The notes beneath the pieces were generated by a model. It did not search any database. It had not been told where the DNA came from and saw nothing but the letters and a program-made list of their open reading frames with translations. From a virus (Duplodnaviria > Caudoviricetes): a stretch of DNA of 56,495 bases. Within the stretch, counting starts at the first letter, position 1, and every line of letters starts with the position of its first letter. Of this stretch, positions 27,998 through 36,944 are shown piece after piece. The position numbers were made by a program, and so were the translations under genes. Location of the stretch: positions 1 to 56,495 of the IMG/VR virus record IMGVR_UViG_3300025010_000071. One strand, 5' to 3'.

Positions 27998-29009
27998 AGT
28001 ATCCAAATTCCGTAGTCAGGAAGGGTACCACGAGGAACTGAAGAACAGAACAGACGAGACAGTTGGTGGCAATTATATCACCATTTTCGTCAAAGATACT
28101 GATCTGAATTTCTGGAAGGATAAAGAAGGTGATCACGCACTGGATGTTATTCCCTGGATATCTTCAGAGAATCATCCAAACTATCCGAAAGGGAAACCTG
28201 TATACAAGGTTGAGATTTGGGTGCATAAACACGTAGGACCAGAGAAAGGGGATTATATTTGTCTCCGTAATTACGGAGAAGACTGCCCTCTCTGTGATGC
28301 AAAATCAGAAGAGATGGCAAAGGATAATCCCAGGAAGAAAGTGGTTGAAGCACTGAAGGGTAGCCAGAGGTGCCTGTACAATGTTGTCGTATACACTGAC
28401 AATCAGGAACAGAATGGTGTTCAGATTTGGGAAGCCAGTTCCTACCTTGCAGAAGGCCCGTTCAAAGAGACTGCAAAGAATAAGCGTACTGGTGAAAGGA
28501 TTCCATATTCTGATCCTGACCGTGGTAAGACTATTACCTTTACCATTGCTGGTAAGAATAAAGGTAAGAAACTTACGGGTATCGTGTTTGAAGATCGACC
28601 AGAACCAATTGCTGATGAAATTCTTGACCAGGCATACACTATTGAAGATTACCTGGTTAAACCTGAAGTGGAAGACCTGAAGCTTATAGCAAAAGCAGTT
28701 CTTTCTGGTGTGTCCGACGAGGACGACGAACCAGAATTACCTGTTCGTAGTCGCCGTAGAGGTGAAGATTCCGAGAAGGAAGAACCTGAACCACGTAAGG
28801 AAAGGGAAACTTCAAAACAGGAAGAGGAACCACCTCCACGTAGAGGTCGCAGAACTGAAGAGGAATCTGGTGGGTTGAACGAAGAACCAGAAAAAAAGAA
28901 AGAAGAGGAACCAGAACCTCGGCGTAACCGTCGTCAGGAACCTGAACCTGAACCAGAGAAGAAAGCGGATGAACCTCCCCCTACCAGACGTTTAAGAAGA
29001 AGGGATTAA
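27990..29009 (+). CDS. single-stranded DNA-binding protein (gp32-like) with charged tail
   Basis: WVH..VG...YIC....CPLC, LYNVV, GVQIWE, DPDRG motifs; long Glu/Arg/Pro tail; upstream of RecA. Confidence 0.75.
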   Translation: MGKVSKFRSQEGYHEELKNRTDETVGGNYITIFVKDTDLNFWKDKEGDHALDVIPWISSENHPNYPKGKPVYKVEIWVHKHVGPEKGDYICLRNYGEDCPLCDAKSEEMAKDNPRKKVVEALKGSQRCLYNVVVYTDNQEQNGVQIWEASSYLAEGPFKETAKNKRTGERIPYSDPDRGKTITFTIAGKNKGKKLTGIVFEDRPEPIADEILDQAYTIEDYLVKPEVEDLKLIAKAVLSGVSDEDDEPELPVRSRRRGEDSEKEEPEPRKERETSKQEEEPPPRRGRRTEEESGGLNEEPEKKKEEEPEPRRNRRQEPEPEPEKKADEPPPTRRLRRRD

Positions 29010-29012
29010 ACA

Positions 29013-30080
29013 ATGGCGACACTAAAGAGAAAAGAAGTTTCTATTACTGCGGAAGATTATACTGATGCAGTTTCAGAACGGGAAGAGGACAAAATCCCAA
29101 TAGATACTTCTATCCTTGTCTCTACTGGTGTCACCCTCCTTGACCTTGCCATTTCTGGTGGCAGGGTCAGGGGAGGGGGTATGCCTGGTGGCATTATGGT
29201 AGAATTGTTTGGGGGATCAGGTTCTGGTAAGACTGCTATTCTTACAGAAATTGGTGCATCTGTACAAGCAAAAGGTGGTGAGGTTCATATCTGTGATCCT
29301 GAAGCAAGACTTGATCGGGAGTACACAAGGATAACTGGACTGGAACTTCCAAGAGACCATTACTATCGTCCTAATACAGTAGGTGATAGGAAAGATGCAA
29401 AGGGGAAAGTAACGGAATTAGGACTGGAAGGTATTATAATGGGATGGGAACCTAAAAACCCAGATGTAATAAACCTTCTCGGTGCTGATTCTATTGCTGC
29501 CTTGTCTACTGCAATGGAAATGGATGATGGTGATAAACGTGGTCAACGTAAGGCAAAGGAGTTATCGGAACTGTGCCGTAAGACTGCAAGAATAATTGCC
29601 CATGAGCATAAATTGGTAGTATTTACTAACCAGATTAGGGATGGTGAATTTGGTGTTACTACTCCTGGTGGACATGCTGTACCATTTCATTCTTCTTTGC
29701 GAATTGCCTGTAACCAAAAAGAGGTAATTAGAAAAGTAAAGAAGAATGAACATGGTGTAGAAATTAAAAAGGACGTTGGTATTATTTCCAATCTGTTTGT
29801 AAAAAAGAGTTCAATTGATGATCCATTTAGAACAGTGCCTATGTACTTGATGTTCGGTATTGGTATAGATGATATACGTGGCAATCTTCAGTATTATAAG
29901 GACATGACTAAGGGAACGGTTTACGATTGTGTTGATAAAACCTATACTTCCTTGGACAGAGCCGTGGAATACATTGAGGAAAACGACCTTGAAGCAGAGT
30001 TACGAGAAATGGTTATTGATGTGTGGGAGCAGAATGAAGCTCTATTTAAAGTAAACCGTAAAAAGAAAAGGAGATTTTAA
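29013..30080 (+). CDS. recA: RecA/UvsX recombinase
   Basis: STG..LLDLAISGG, ELFGGSGSGKT, DPEARLD, DSIAAL, FTNQIR, TPGG. Confidence 0.95.
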   Translation: MATLKRKEVSITAEDYTDAVSEREEDKIPIDTSILVSTGVTLLDLAISGGRVRGGGMPGGIMVELFGGSGSGKTAILTEIGASVQAKGGEVHICDPEARLDREYTRITGLELPRDHYYRPNTVGDRKDAKGKVTELGLEGIIMGWEPKNPDVINLLGADSIAALSTAMEMDDGDKRGQRKAKELSELCRKTARIIAHEHKLVVFTNQIRDGEFGVTTPGGHAVPFHSSLRIACNQKEVIRKVKKNEHGVEIKKDVGIISNLFVKKSSIDDPFRTVPMYLMFGIGIDDIRGNLQYYKDMTKGTVYDCVDKTYTSLDRAVEYIEENDLEAELREMVIDVWEQNEALFKVNRKKKRRF

Positions 30081-30082
30081 AG

Positions 30083-30250
30083 ATGGCTGAATTTGCAGAA
30101 GTAAAAGAAAGTTTGACAGAGAAGTGTACTGAATTGTTGGCAGAACTCAATGGTCGCCAAAGCAAAGCCGCGTACAAGAGAGCAAGGCAGTTGACAAAAG
30201 AAATAGCGGTACTCGGTAAGGAATACCGAAAGTTGTCCACAAAAGAGTAA
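30083..30250 (+). CDS. 55-aa basic histone H1-like (Hc1-type) protein (not in ORF track)
   Basis: SKAAYKRARQLTKEIAVLGKEYRKLS matches the KAA..RAR..T......K..RK.S pattern. Confidence 0.65.
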   Translation: MAEFAEVKESLTEKCTELLAELNGRQSKAAYKRARQLTKEIAVLGKEYRKLSTKE

Positions 30251-30259
30251 TATAAAGTT

Positions 30260-30394
30260 TGGCCTGTAGACCGAAAGGCGAGCTAAGGATTCTGAAAAGA
30301 ATCTGGTAAACTCTTGGTAACGAACTTGAAATCTGGCATATCGATAATACCAGATAGAAACAAGGTGAAGCCCTAACTAAGCCAATACAGGCCA
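30260..30394 (+). ncRNA. candidate structured non-coding RNA (~135 nt)
   Basis: 9-bp closing helix TGGCCTGTA/TACAGGCCA enclosing several hairpins, GNRA loops, followed by T5. Confidence 0.6.
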
Positions 30395-30411
30395 TTTTTA
30401 TTGGAGAAAAT

Positions 30412-30615
30412 ATGGAACTATCCGTGGTAGAAGAACCTTTTTCAATGGAAAGAATATATACTTTAAAATTTACTGCTTTTGAATTTATGGAAGTCACGTG
30501 TAATCTTTCTGATATGGATCGTGCCATTATACAAGACTGTGATAAACCCGATGCAACTATAGCCGATAAATTACTCGCGCTTGAAATAATAGCGAGAAGG
30601 ATTGAGCGGAAATGA
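30412..30615 (+). CDS. hypothetical protein
   Basis: GGAG RBS; ATGA overlap with exonuclease. Confidence 0.6.
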   Translation: MELSVVEEPFSMERIYTLKFTAFEFMEVTCNLSDMDRAIIQDCDKPDATIADKLLALEIIARRIERK

Positions 30616-31487
30616 AATATAAACGACTGGTAATCGATTGTTCAAGTCTCTGCTATGCTGATGCCTATTCCCTGAAAGGATTGAGGACCAGTGAGATAGA
30701 GACAAGCGTTATCTATGGATTTTTGAATCAGCTACTACACTTATCAGAACAGTTCAAAACCAATAGATTTGTATTTTGTTGGGATAGCAAAGGATCAAAA
30801 CGGGAAGAGATATTTCCAGAGTATAAGTTAAAGCGTAGACTGAAAAAGAAAGATAGTACGGAAGATGAAAGGGCTTTTTACCAGTCCATGATACAACAGA
30901 TTATTAGACTTCAACAGGAAATTATTCCATCTATAGGATTCAGAAATTCTTTTTCAGTTGATGGATTAGAAGCTGATGATATAATGGCTGATATAGTTAT
31001 TGGATATGAAGATTGTTTAATGGTTACAGATGATGAAGATTTGTTCCAGATGTTGGGATATGCTGATATGTATAAACCAAGAACAGAAGTTTTATGGACA
31101 CCAGAGAAATTTAATTTACATTATTGTATACCTGTTGATCAATGGGTTAATGTAAAATCAATTGGTGGTTGTACTTCTGATGAAGTACCTGGAATACCAG
31201 GAGTAAGGGAAACTACTGCTATTAAATGGCTACTTGGTATTCTGAAACCCACACACAAAACGTATCAGGCAATATTGGCAGGTAAAGATATTATTGAAAG
31301 GAATAAGAAATTGGTTAGACTTCCATTTCCAGGTACTCCAGAATTTGAACTGAAAAAAGATGAATTCAATATGGATAACCTGATGAAAGTTGCTGATGAA
31401 TATTGGATAGATTCGTATAAGACAAAATTGGGAATGCAACGGTGGGAAAATTTCTTTAACAGGAGTAGGATATGTTCTCTTACGTAG
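30612..31487 (+). CDS. 5'-3' exonuclease / flap endonuclease
   Basis: VID, FCWD, R..IFPEYK..R, EADD, DEDL.Q, SDEVPGIPGV motifs. Confidence 0.93.
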   Translation: MKYKRLVIDCSSLCYADAYSLKGLRTSEIETSVIYGFLNQLLHLSEQFKTNRFVFCWDSKGSKREEIFPEYKLKRRLKKKDSTEDERAFYQSMIQQIIRLQQEIIPSIGFRNSFSVDGLEADDIMADIVIGYEDCLMVTDDEDLFQMLGYADMYKPRTEVLWTPEKFNLHYCIPVDQWVNVKSIGGCTSDEVPGIPGVRETTAIKWLLGILKPTHKTYQAILAGKDIIERNKKLVRLPFPGTPEFELKKDEFNMDNLMKVADEYWIDSYKTKLGMQRWENFFNRSRICSLT

Positions 31488-31741
31488 TGGCTGATCCTGA
31501 TCTGAATGACGAATACGGTAACCCCAGTAAAGAAGCTGGAATATACATGGATGCCGAAGGAAAGATGTATGCTCTATGTAATACAAAATTGGCACAGAGA
31601 GTGATAGACGGATACTTTGGAATGTTTCAAGTTAAACTGGAGGCAATAGACAAGGATGAGTGGGAAAAAGCGGATCACCGTTTCGTCAGCAAAAGCGAAG
31701 GGGAGAAGATTGCAGCAACTGGTGGCACAGAAGGTATCTGA
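31472..31741 (+). CDS. hypothetical protein
   Basis: AGGAG RBS; overlaps resolvase. Confidence 0.5.
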   Translation: MFSYVVADPDLNDEYGNPSKEAGIYMDAEGKMYALCNTKLAQRVIDGYFGMFQVKLEAIDKDEWEKADHRFVSKSEGEKIAATGGTEGI

Positions 31742-32039
31742 TTTACTGGGAATTCCTCATGGTAAGGATGAACTTATCCAGTCAAGGGAGATGGGACAGT
31801 CTGGTACCGATGTTAAACTGATAGGAGAAGCAAAGGAAAGATTCAAATTTTCCATTGAATGCAAAGCCCAGGAGTCTTGGTCAATACATGACTGGATAGA
31901 CCAGGCGAAAGGTAACAAGATAACTGGTACTGATTGGCTACTTGTTGCTAAAAGATCAGGAAGTGAACCAGTAGCTGTTATGGATTTAGATACCTTTTTC
32001 CGATTGCTGAAAGCAAGACCAACTTTGAAAAGGAAATAA
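31656..32039 (+). CDS. Holliday junction resolvase (PD-(D/E)xK)
   Basis: AKAKGRRLQ, GTDV, SIECK, DQA motifs. Confidence 0.85.
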   Translation: MSGKKRITVSSAKAKGRRLQQLVAQKVSDLLGIPHGKDELIQSREMGQSGTDVKLIGEAKERFKFSIECKAQESWSIHDWIDQAKGNKITGTDWLLVAKRSGSEPVAVMDLDTFFRLLKARPTLKRK

Positions 32040-32050
32040 AGGAGGGAGCC

Positions 32051-32242
32051 ATGGCTTGTAAATGCAAAGTATTTCATACTATTTCTGATAATCCTGATGA
32101 AAATGATATGGTTGAATGTGGTGAGCCAGATTTAATTACTGATGTTTGTTATGATCATTGCGTTTTATGCAAAACCTGTAGGAAAGAACCGGCTGATCCA
32201 GAAGTTGGGATTTGCGAAAAATGTATTGACAAAGCCGTATAA
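32051..32242 (+). CDS. small Cys-rich protein
   Basis: Multiple CxxC motifs; GGAGG RBS. Confidence 0.55.
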   Translation: MACKCKVFHTISDNPDENDMVECGEPDLITDVCYDHCVLCKTCRKEPADPEVGICEKCIDKAV

Positions 32243-32259
32243 TTGAAAAGGAAATAACT

Positions 32260-33666
32260 ATGAGTTTAAAATCTGTATTGGATCAATTAACCATAATTGA
32301 AAACATAACATCTACCAATGATAAGGTAGCTAAACTTGCAGAGTTTCTGGAAGACCCAACATTCCGTAAAGTAATTCAGTACACTTATAATCAGGGATGG
32401 GCATACAATCTGAAGGAAGTTAATTTTGTGGCAGAGAGTACCGCTACCGATATAAGTAACATTTTTGATTACTTTGACTTCCTGAAACAGAAAGGTGGTG
32501 CAACCAATGTTGAGAAAGCAAAGTTTAATTGGATATGTTCCATTGATAAAGAGACAATAGAAGTTGTTTCCAGAATATGCAAAAAGGATTTGCGGGCAGG
32601 GTTCTCTTTCAAAACCATTAACAAGGCAAAGAAAGGGATAGTGGAAGAGGTTCCATACCAGAGATGTTCCACCGAAGATGAAATACATAGGGTATGTTAT
32701 CCAGCTATTGTGCAGAAGAAAGCAGATGGAATGTTTGCCTATGGGTTTCCGTGGAAGGATGATGAAATATTCACTACAAGATATGGTAACACATTCCATT
32801 TATTTGGTTACTTGAAAGAAGAACTCCTTGAACTTCTTAACGGTGAAAAGTTTGTTACTGTTGGTGAAATGGTAGTAATAGACGAAAATGGAAAAGTGCT
32901 TGATAGAAAGACTGGTAATGGTTTCCTTAACTCTTTTGTACAAGGTTGTGGTTCAGAAGAGATAGCAGAACGAGTGGTTTACGTTCTATGGGGAATTATT
33001 CCATTTGAACATTATGAGAAACGATTCAGCCCTATACCATATTCACAGAGTTTTCCTAAGTTATGTGGTATGGTAGATAAGTTTCTCAACAAGAATTATC
33101 CTGCTGGTGGATTAGGACCGATAGAGGTTATTCCATATGAGATAGTGCATAGTGTAGATGAAGCCAGAGCCTTCTACAAAAAGATGCGGGATAATGGATT
33201 TGAAGGGGCCGTACTGAAAGACCTCGGTGAAATATGGAAACCTACCACCAGTAGAAAGTTCATAAAGATGAAGAACAGGGCATTTGCCGAATTCAGAATC
33301 GTCAAAGCATTACCAGGAACCAAGGGAAAGCAATATGAACATTGTCTTGGTGCTCTGATAGTGCGAACAGAAGATGGTGGTATTGTTACTGAGATAGGGA
33401 AAGGTTTCAGTAAAGAGGAACGTGAACGTGGTATAGAGTGGTGGGATTCCCACTTTGATGATATTGTCACCTGTTCTTTTGAATCAGTTATTACGGACAA
33501 AACCAATAGGACAACAAAGAAACTGTTTCTGGAATCATTTGAGGAAACCAGGTTCAATGAGAAATGGGAGGCCGATACCACCGAGTATTGTGAGAAGCAA
33601 TGCAAACCGAAAAAAGAAGTGAAAGAGGAACCGAAGAAACTGAAAATAAAATCCCTACTAATTTAA
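32260..33666 (+). CDS. ATP-dependent DNA ligase
   Basis: KADG adenylation motif, VGEM, EGAVLK, KMK, GAL, IGKGFS. Confidence 0.92.
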   Translation: MSLKSVLDQLTIIENITSTNDKVAKLAEFLEDPTFRKVIQYTYNQGWAYNLKEVNFVAESTATDISNIFDYFDFLKQKGGATNVEKAKFNWICSIDKETIEVVSRICKKDLRAGFSFKTINKAKKGIVEEVPYQRCSTEDEIHRVCYPAIVQKKADGMFAYGFPWKDDEIFTTRYGNTFHLFGYLKEELLELLNGEKFVTVGEMVVIDENGKVLDRKTGNGFLNSFVQGCGSEEIAERVVYVLWGIIPFEHYEKRFSPIPYSQSFPKLCGMVDKFLNKNYPAGGLGPIEVIPYEIVHSVDEARAFYKKMRDNGFEGAVLKDLGEIWKPTTSRKFIKMKNRAFAEFRIVKALPGTKGKQYEHCLGALIVRTEDGGIVTEIGKGFSKEERERGIEWWDSHFDDIVTCSFESVITDKTNRTTKKLFLESFEETRFNEKWEADTTEYCEKQCKPKKEVKEEPKKLKIKSLLI

Positions 33667-33681
33667 TCAGGAGAATATAAA

Positions 33682-34377
33682 ATGGAAGAATTTATTTTAA
33701 AAGGTGGGTATGTTACAAAAGATAGACGGTTAGATAGAATTCCAGAGTTTGATGAAAGAAGTAAAATGTATCGGGTAACTGCTCTGACAACAGAACGGCA
33801 ACCCATAAACAAGATTCATTTATGTACTTCCTTTTTAGACCAGGGGGTGGAGGGGATGTGTGTTGGGTATGGTTTAAGTCATGCTTTATTGGCCGAACCA
33901 TTCCAAATGAACAAAAAAGTAGTTACTCCTAAATTTGCCAGAGAAAAGATTTACTGGCCAGCACAGCATGATGATCCGTGGCCAGGTGGTTCATATCCTG
34001 GGGCCGATCCATATTATGAAGGAACTTCGGTACTGTCAGGAGTAAAGGTTCTCCATAGAGAAAAACTAATTAAAGGATACCATTTTGCATTCAGTTTTAC
34101 TGATCTGGTTATTGGTGTATGCTATAAAGGCCCACCAGTAATAGGAATAAAATGGTTTGAGGGAATGCAAACACCTGACAAGAATGGTTTTGTTTTCCCT
34201 ACAGGTAGATTGGTAGGTGGTCATTGTTTAATTATCTCTGGCATTAACTGGTTTGATGAATACTTTCTGTTACATAATTCCTGGGGAAAGAAGTGGGGAA
34301 TATTTGGTCAATGCAAAGTCCGTTTTGTTGACATGGCAAAGTTGATGGTAGGTGGTGAATTTATCTTCTTAACATAA
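33682..34377 (+). CDS. papain-like (C1A) cysteine peptidase
   Basis: DQGVEGMC, GGHC, HNSWG..WG catalytic motifs. Confidence 0.85.
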   Translation: MEEFILKGGYVTKDRRLDRIPEFDERSKMYRVTALTTERQPINKIHLCTSFLDQGVEGMCVGYGLSHALLAEPFQMNKKVVTPKFAREKIYWPAQHDDPWPGGSYPGADPYYEGTSVLSGVKVLHREKLIKGYHFAFSFTDLVIGVCYKGPPVIGIKWFEGMQTPDKNGFVFPTGRLVGGHCLIISGINWFDEYFLLHNSWGKKWGIFGQCKVRFVDMAKLMVGGEFIFLT

Positions 34378-34387
34378 TGGTGAAATT

Positions 34388-34717
34388 ATGGAAAGCTGCT
34401 CTGAAAAATGCCCTTATGATACCCATTGTGATGGTAAGAATTGTCAACGACCAGACATGCAAATAAATAATTCACCAAACGCCCCAGAACCAGCACCAGT
34501 AAAGAATAATCATCCCGCTGTATGGGATTTGGTACTTGCTGATATGAAGGAACGAGATAGTATTGGTAAAGAGAAATATAATACTAGACTACAACCTTTC
34601 AATGGTCGTGATCCACTGATAGATTTATACCAAGAGATTTTGGATGCAGCGGTGTATATCCGTCAGATCATTTACGAACGGGATATGATGGTCAATGGTG
34701 GTAAAAATGAAGATTAA
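34388..34717 (+). CDS. MazG-fold nucleotide pyrophosphohydrolase-like protein
   Basis: ER..IG.EKY...L...LYQEILDAAVY motif. Confidence 0.6.
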   Translation: MESCSEKCPYDTHCDGKNCQRPDMQINNSPNAPEPAPVKNNHPAVWDLVLADMKERDSIGKEKYNTRLQPFNGRDPLIDLYQEILDAAVYIRQIIYERDMMVNGGKNED

Positions 34718-34837
34718 CAAAATACTGGATTGGTTATCTCAATTGCTTAAAATAAAACCGGCAAGGGACTTAGTTCATCTTAGAAAACTTATGAAGGTGG
34801 CAGCTACAGCCATCGATACCGATATGAGGACAGTGTT

Positions 34838-35410
34838 ATGATTTCTCTTAAACAGAAAGAACTAAAGGAATGGCAGGAACAAAACTTCCCTCGTTCCCGA
34901 TATGAAGAGATGACCAAAGACCAACTCATTGATATGATCCTTGCTATGCAGTTCTCTCTTGGTATGGCTGAAGAGGTCGGTGAAGTCGCACACCATATAC
35001 TGAAAGGGGTGCAGGGGATTCGGGGTGGGGTGAATGGCTTTGATATAAATCAGATTGCTGACGGAGTTGTTGATTCCGGTGTATATGGTCAACAGCTTCT
35101 ATCCCATTTCGGAGTTGATTCTGAAAAGGTTACTGAAGTGGTTATCAATACCGTTCTAAGACGAGATTGGTTAAATAATCCATCTGGTTCCAATCTTGAA
35201 GAAGGGGAAATTAAAGTTCCCAAAATGAGACCATCACCAGAACAAGGCGGTGGTTGGTTAAAACCGTCAGAAGAAATATCTTTATATGAAACTGTAAAGA
35301 AGAATGTCCACAGTAGTTCAATCTATTTTGAAGGCAATATGCCGATTCCAGTTATTACTTGGATAAAAGAATTGGCTAATGAAATTGAAAAGAGAATGGA
35401 GGGGAAATAA
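34838..35410 (+). CDS. MazG-like nucleotide pyrophosphohydrolase
   Basis: LGMAEEVGEVA..K...DGVVD motif. Confidence 0.75.
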   Translation: MISLKQKELKEWQEQNFPRSRYEEMTKDQLIDMILAMQFSLGMAEEVGEVAHHILKGVQGIRGGVNGFDINQIADGVVDSGVYGQQLLSHFGVDSEKVTEVVINTVLRRDWLNNPSGSNLEEGEIKVPKMRPSPEQGGGWLKPSEEISLYETVKKNVHSSSIYFEGNMPIPVITWIKELANEIEKRMEGK

Positions 35411-35601
35411 TGGAAGCACCAAAGTATCCAGCTATTTGTATGGTACATACACCATCAGGACCAACCTATTGTTGTGCAGATCATGCCGAAAAGGTAGTGG
35501 CTCTGTTTAATTTTATGGGAGCCTATGTTCATATTGAAACCATATTTGATGATGCTGAGTGCGAAAACTGTTTGAATGAAGCTAAAAAGCGGGAGAAATA
35601 A
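35410..35601 (+). CDS. small Cys-containing hypothetical protein
   Basis: CCADH and CENC motifs; TAATG overlap. Confidence 0.6.
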   Translation: MEAPKYPAICMVHTPSGPTYCCADHAEKVVALFNFMGAYVHIETIFDDAECENCLNEAKKREK

Positions 35602-35603
35602 AA

Positions 35604-35867
35604 ATGGAAAAACAAATATGGAAATATACTTTAGAACCAGAAACCACAATTGCAATGCCACTTGGAGCAGAAATTCTTACTGTGCAATCACAACACGGAA
35701 TTGCTTGTCTATGGGCACTTGTTGATCCATCTGCAAATAAAGTGTTAAGGAAGTTCCGAGTGTATGGAACTGGTCATCCTATTACTGAAGAGAATGGAAA
35801 GTATATTGGTACATTTCAGTTGCATGAAGGGTATCTGGTATTCCATGTTTTTGAATATCCTATGTAA
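35604..35867 (+). CDS. hypothetical phage protein
   Basis: IWKY.L..MP.GAEILTVQ.Q..LWA.VD..GTGH..YIGT.Q..VFHVFE pattern. Confidence 0.7.
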   Translation: MEKQIWKYTLEPETTIAMPLGAEILTVQSQHGIACLWALVDPSANKVLRKFRVYGTGHPITEENGKYIGTFQLHEGYLVFHVFEYPM

Positions 35868-35876
35868 AGGTGGGTT

Positions 35877-36944
35877 ATGATAAACTCTATTGAATTAGCA
35901 GACTGGGAAGGGTTCCCATATGCCAGTATAGAATTTGCTAAAGGGGTAAATGTAATCATTGGCAAATCTCATTATGGCAAAAGTTCCCTTGTCCGGTCTA
36001 TAAACTGGGTATTGGAAAACAGACCACAGGGAGTTTCCTATTTCCCTCATGGTAAAAAGAAACCGAGTACAGAAGTATCCATTGATTTTACTGATGGTGG
36101 ATACATAAACCGTTTAAGAAGCACTTCCGATAACTATTATGAAGCTTCAGGGGAAGAGGAACCATTCTCTGCATTACGGACAGGAGTACCAGAACAGGTA
36201 ACAAAACTGTCCAATATGACAGGGATTAATATCCAGTTACAGAAAGATGTTAATTTCTTTCTTGCTGAACATTGGACACCAGGAAAACGATCAAAGTTCC
36301 TGAACAATATTGTTCATCTGGAAGAGATGGATGTAGCTACAGAGATTATTAATTCCACTATAACTGAGATGAATTCTAGTTATAAGGTAAAGACCTCAGA
36401 ACTGGAATTGGAAAAAGTAAAGATTCAAGAATTAGAGTGGGTAGACAAAGCAATTGCTGCTCTGGATAAGATATCCGAACTAGAAAGTAAGATTATAGCT
36501 AATGAGAAAAGATGTGGAAATATTGAGTTTATCCGAGAAGCTATTATCCAGTTGAATACTCAGATCGCAGAATTACCAGATATGACTGCCTTACCGTTTG
36601 CTGAAGCAATACTGGTATTCGATGAGAATCTATGCCGAAAAGAGGATCAGGAAGAGAATATCAAAAAATTAGCGGGAGACCTTCGGGATTTGAAAGTCAG
36701 GGAAAAAGGTGTCAGTATACCTCCCCCTACTGAATTGAAGAAATTAGAGGCATTCTCCGCTAAAATTCAGAGCAGTAAAGCATCTGTAAAGCATCTGCAA
36801 TCGATAAAGACAGATTTGCAGGTACAGAAAGATATGGAAGATAAAGCCATTAAGGTAGTAAATGGCAAAGAAAAGGAACTGAATGCACTGTTACAGTCAA
36901 TAGGAATTTGTCCATTGTGTAATGGAAAAGGAAAATGGATATGA
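35877..36944 (+). CDS. sbcC: SbcC/Rad50-like ATPase, N-terminal half
   Basis: GVNVIIGKSHYGKSS Walker A, Q-loop, coiled coil, ends at CPLC hook; no Walker B. Confidence 0.85.
   Translation: MINSIELADWEGFPYASIEFAKGVNVIIGKSHYGKSSLVRSINWVLENRPQGVSYFPHGKKKPSTEVSIDFTDGGYINRLRSTSDNYYEASGEEEPFSALRTGVPEQVTKLSNMTGINIQLQKDVNFFLAEHWTPGKRSKFLNNIVHLEEMDVATEIINSTITEMNSSYKVKTSELELEKVKIQELEWVDKAIAALDKISELESKIIANEKRCGNIEFIREAIIQLNTQIAELPDMTALPFAEAILVFDENLCRKEDQEENIKKLAGDLRDLKVREKGVSIPPPTELKKLEAFSAKIQSSKASVKHLQSIKTDLQVQKDMEDKAIKVVNGKEKELNALLQSIGICPLCNGKGKWI

Noticed and set aside
10542-30080. Inteins or introns in DnaB, polymerase or RecA
   Set aside because: Lengths are near normal and no intein splice motifs were seen; the HNH gene is free-standing.
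30260-30394. tRNA, pistol ribozyme, group I intron or RNase P fragment
   Set aside because: No T-loop or cloverleaf; GCCCTAA lacks its TTAGGGC partner; only short words resemble intron or RNase P motifs and it interrupts no gene.
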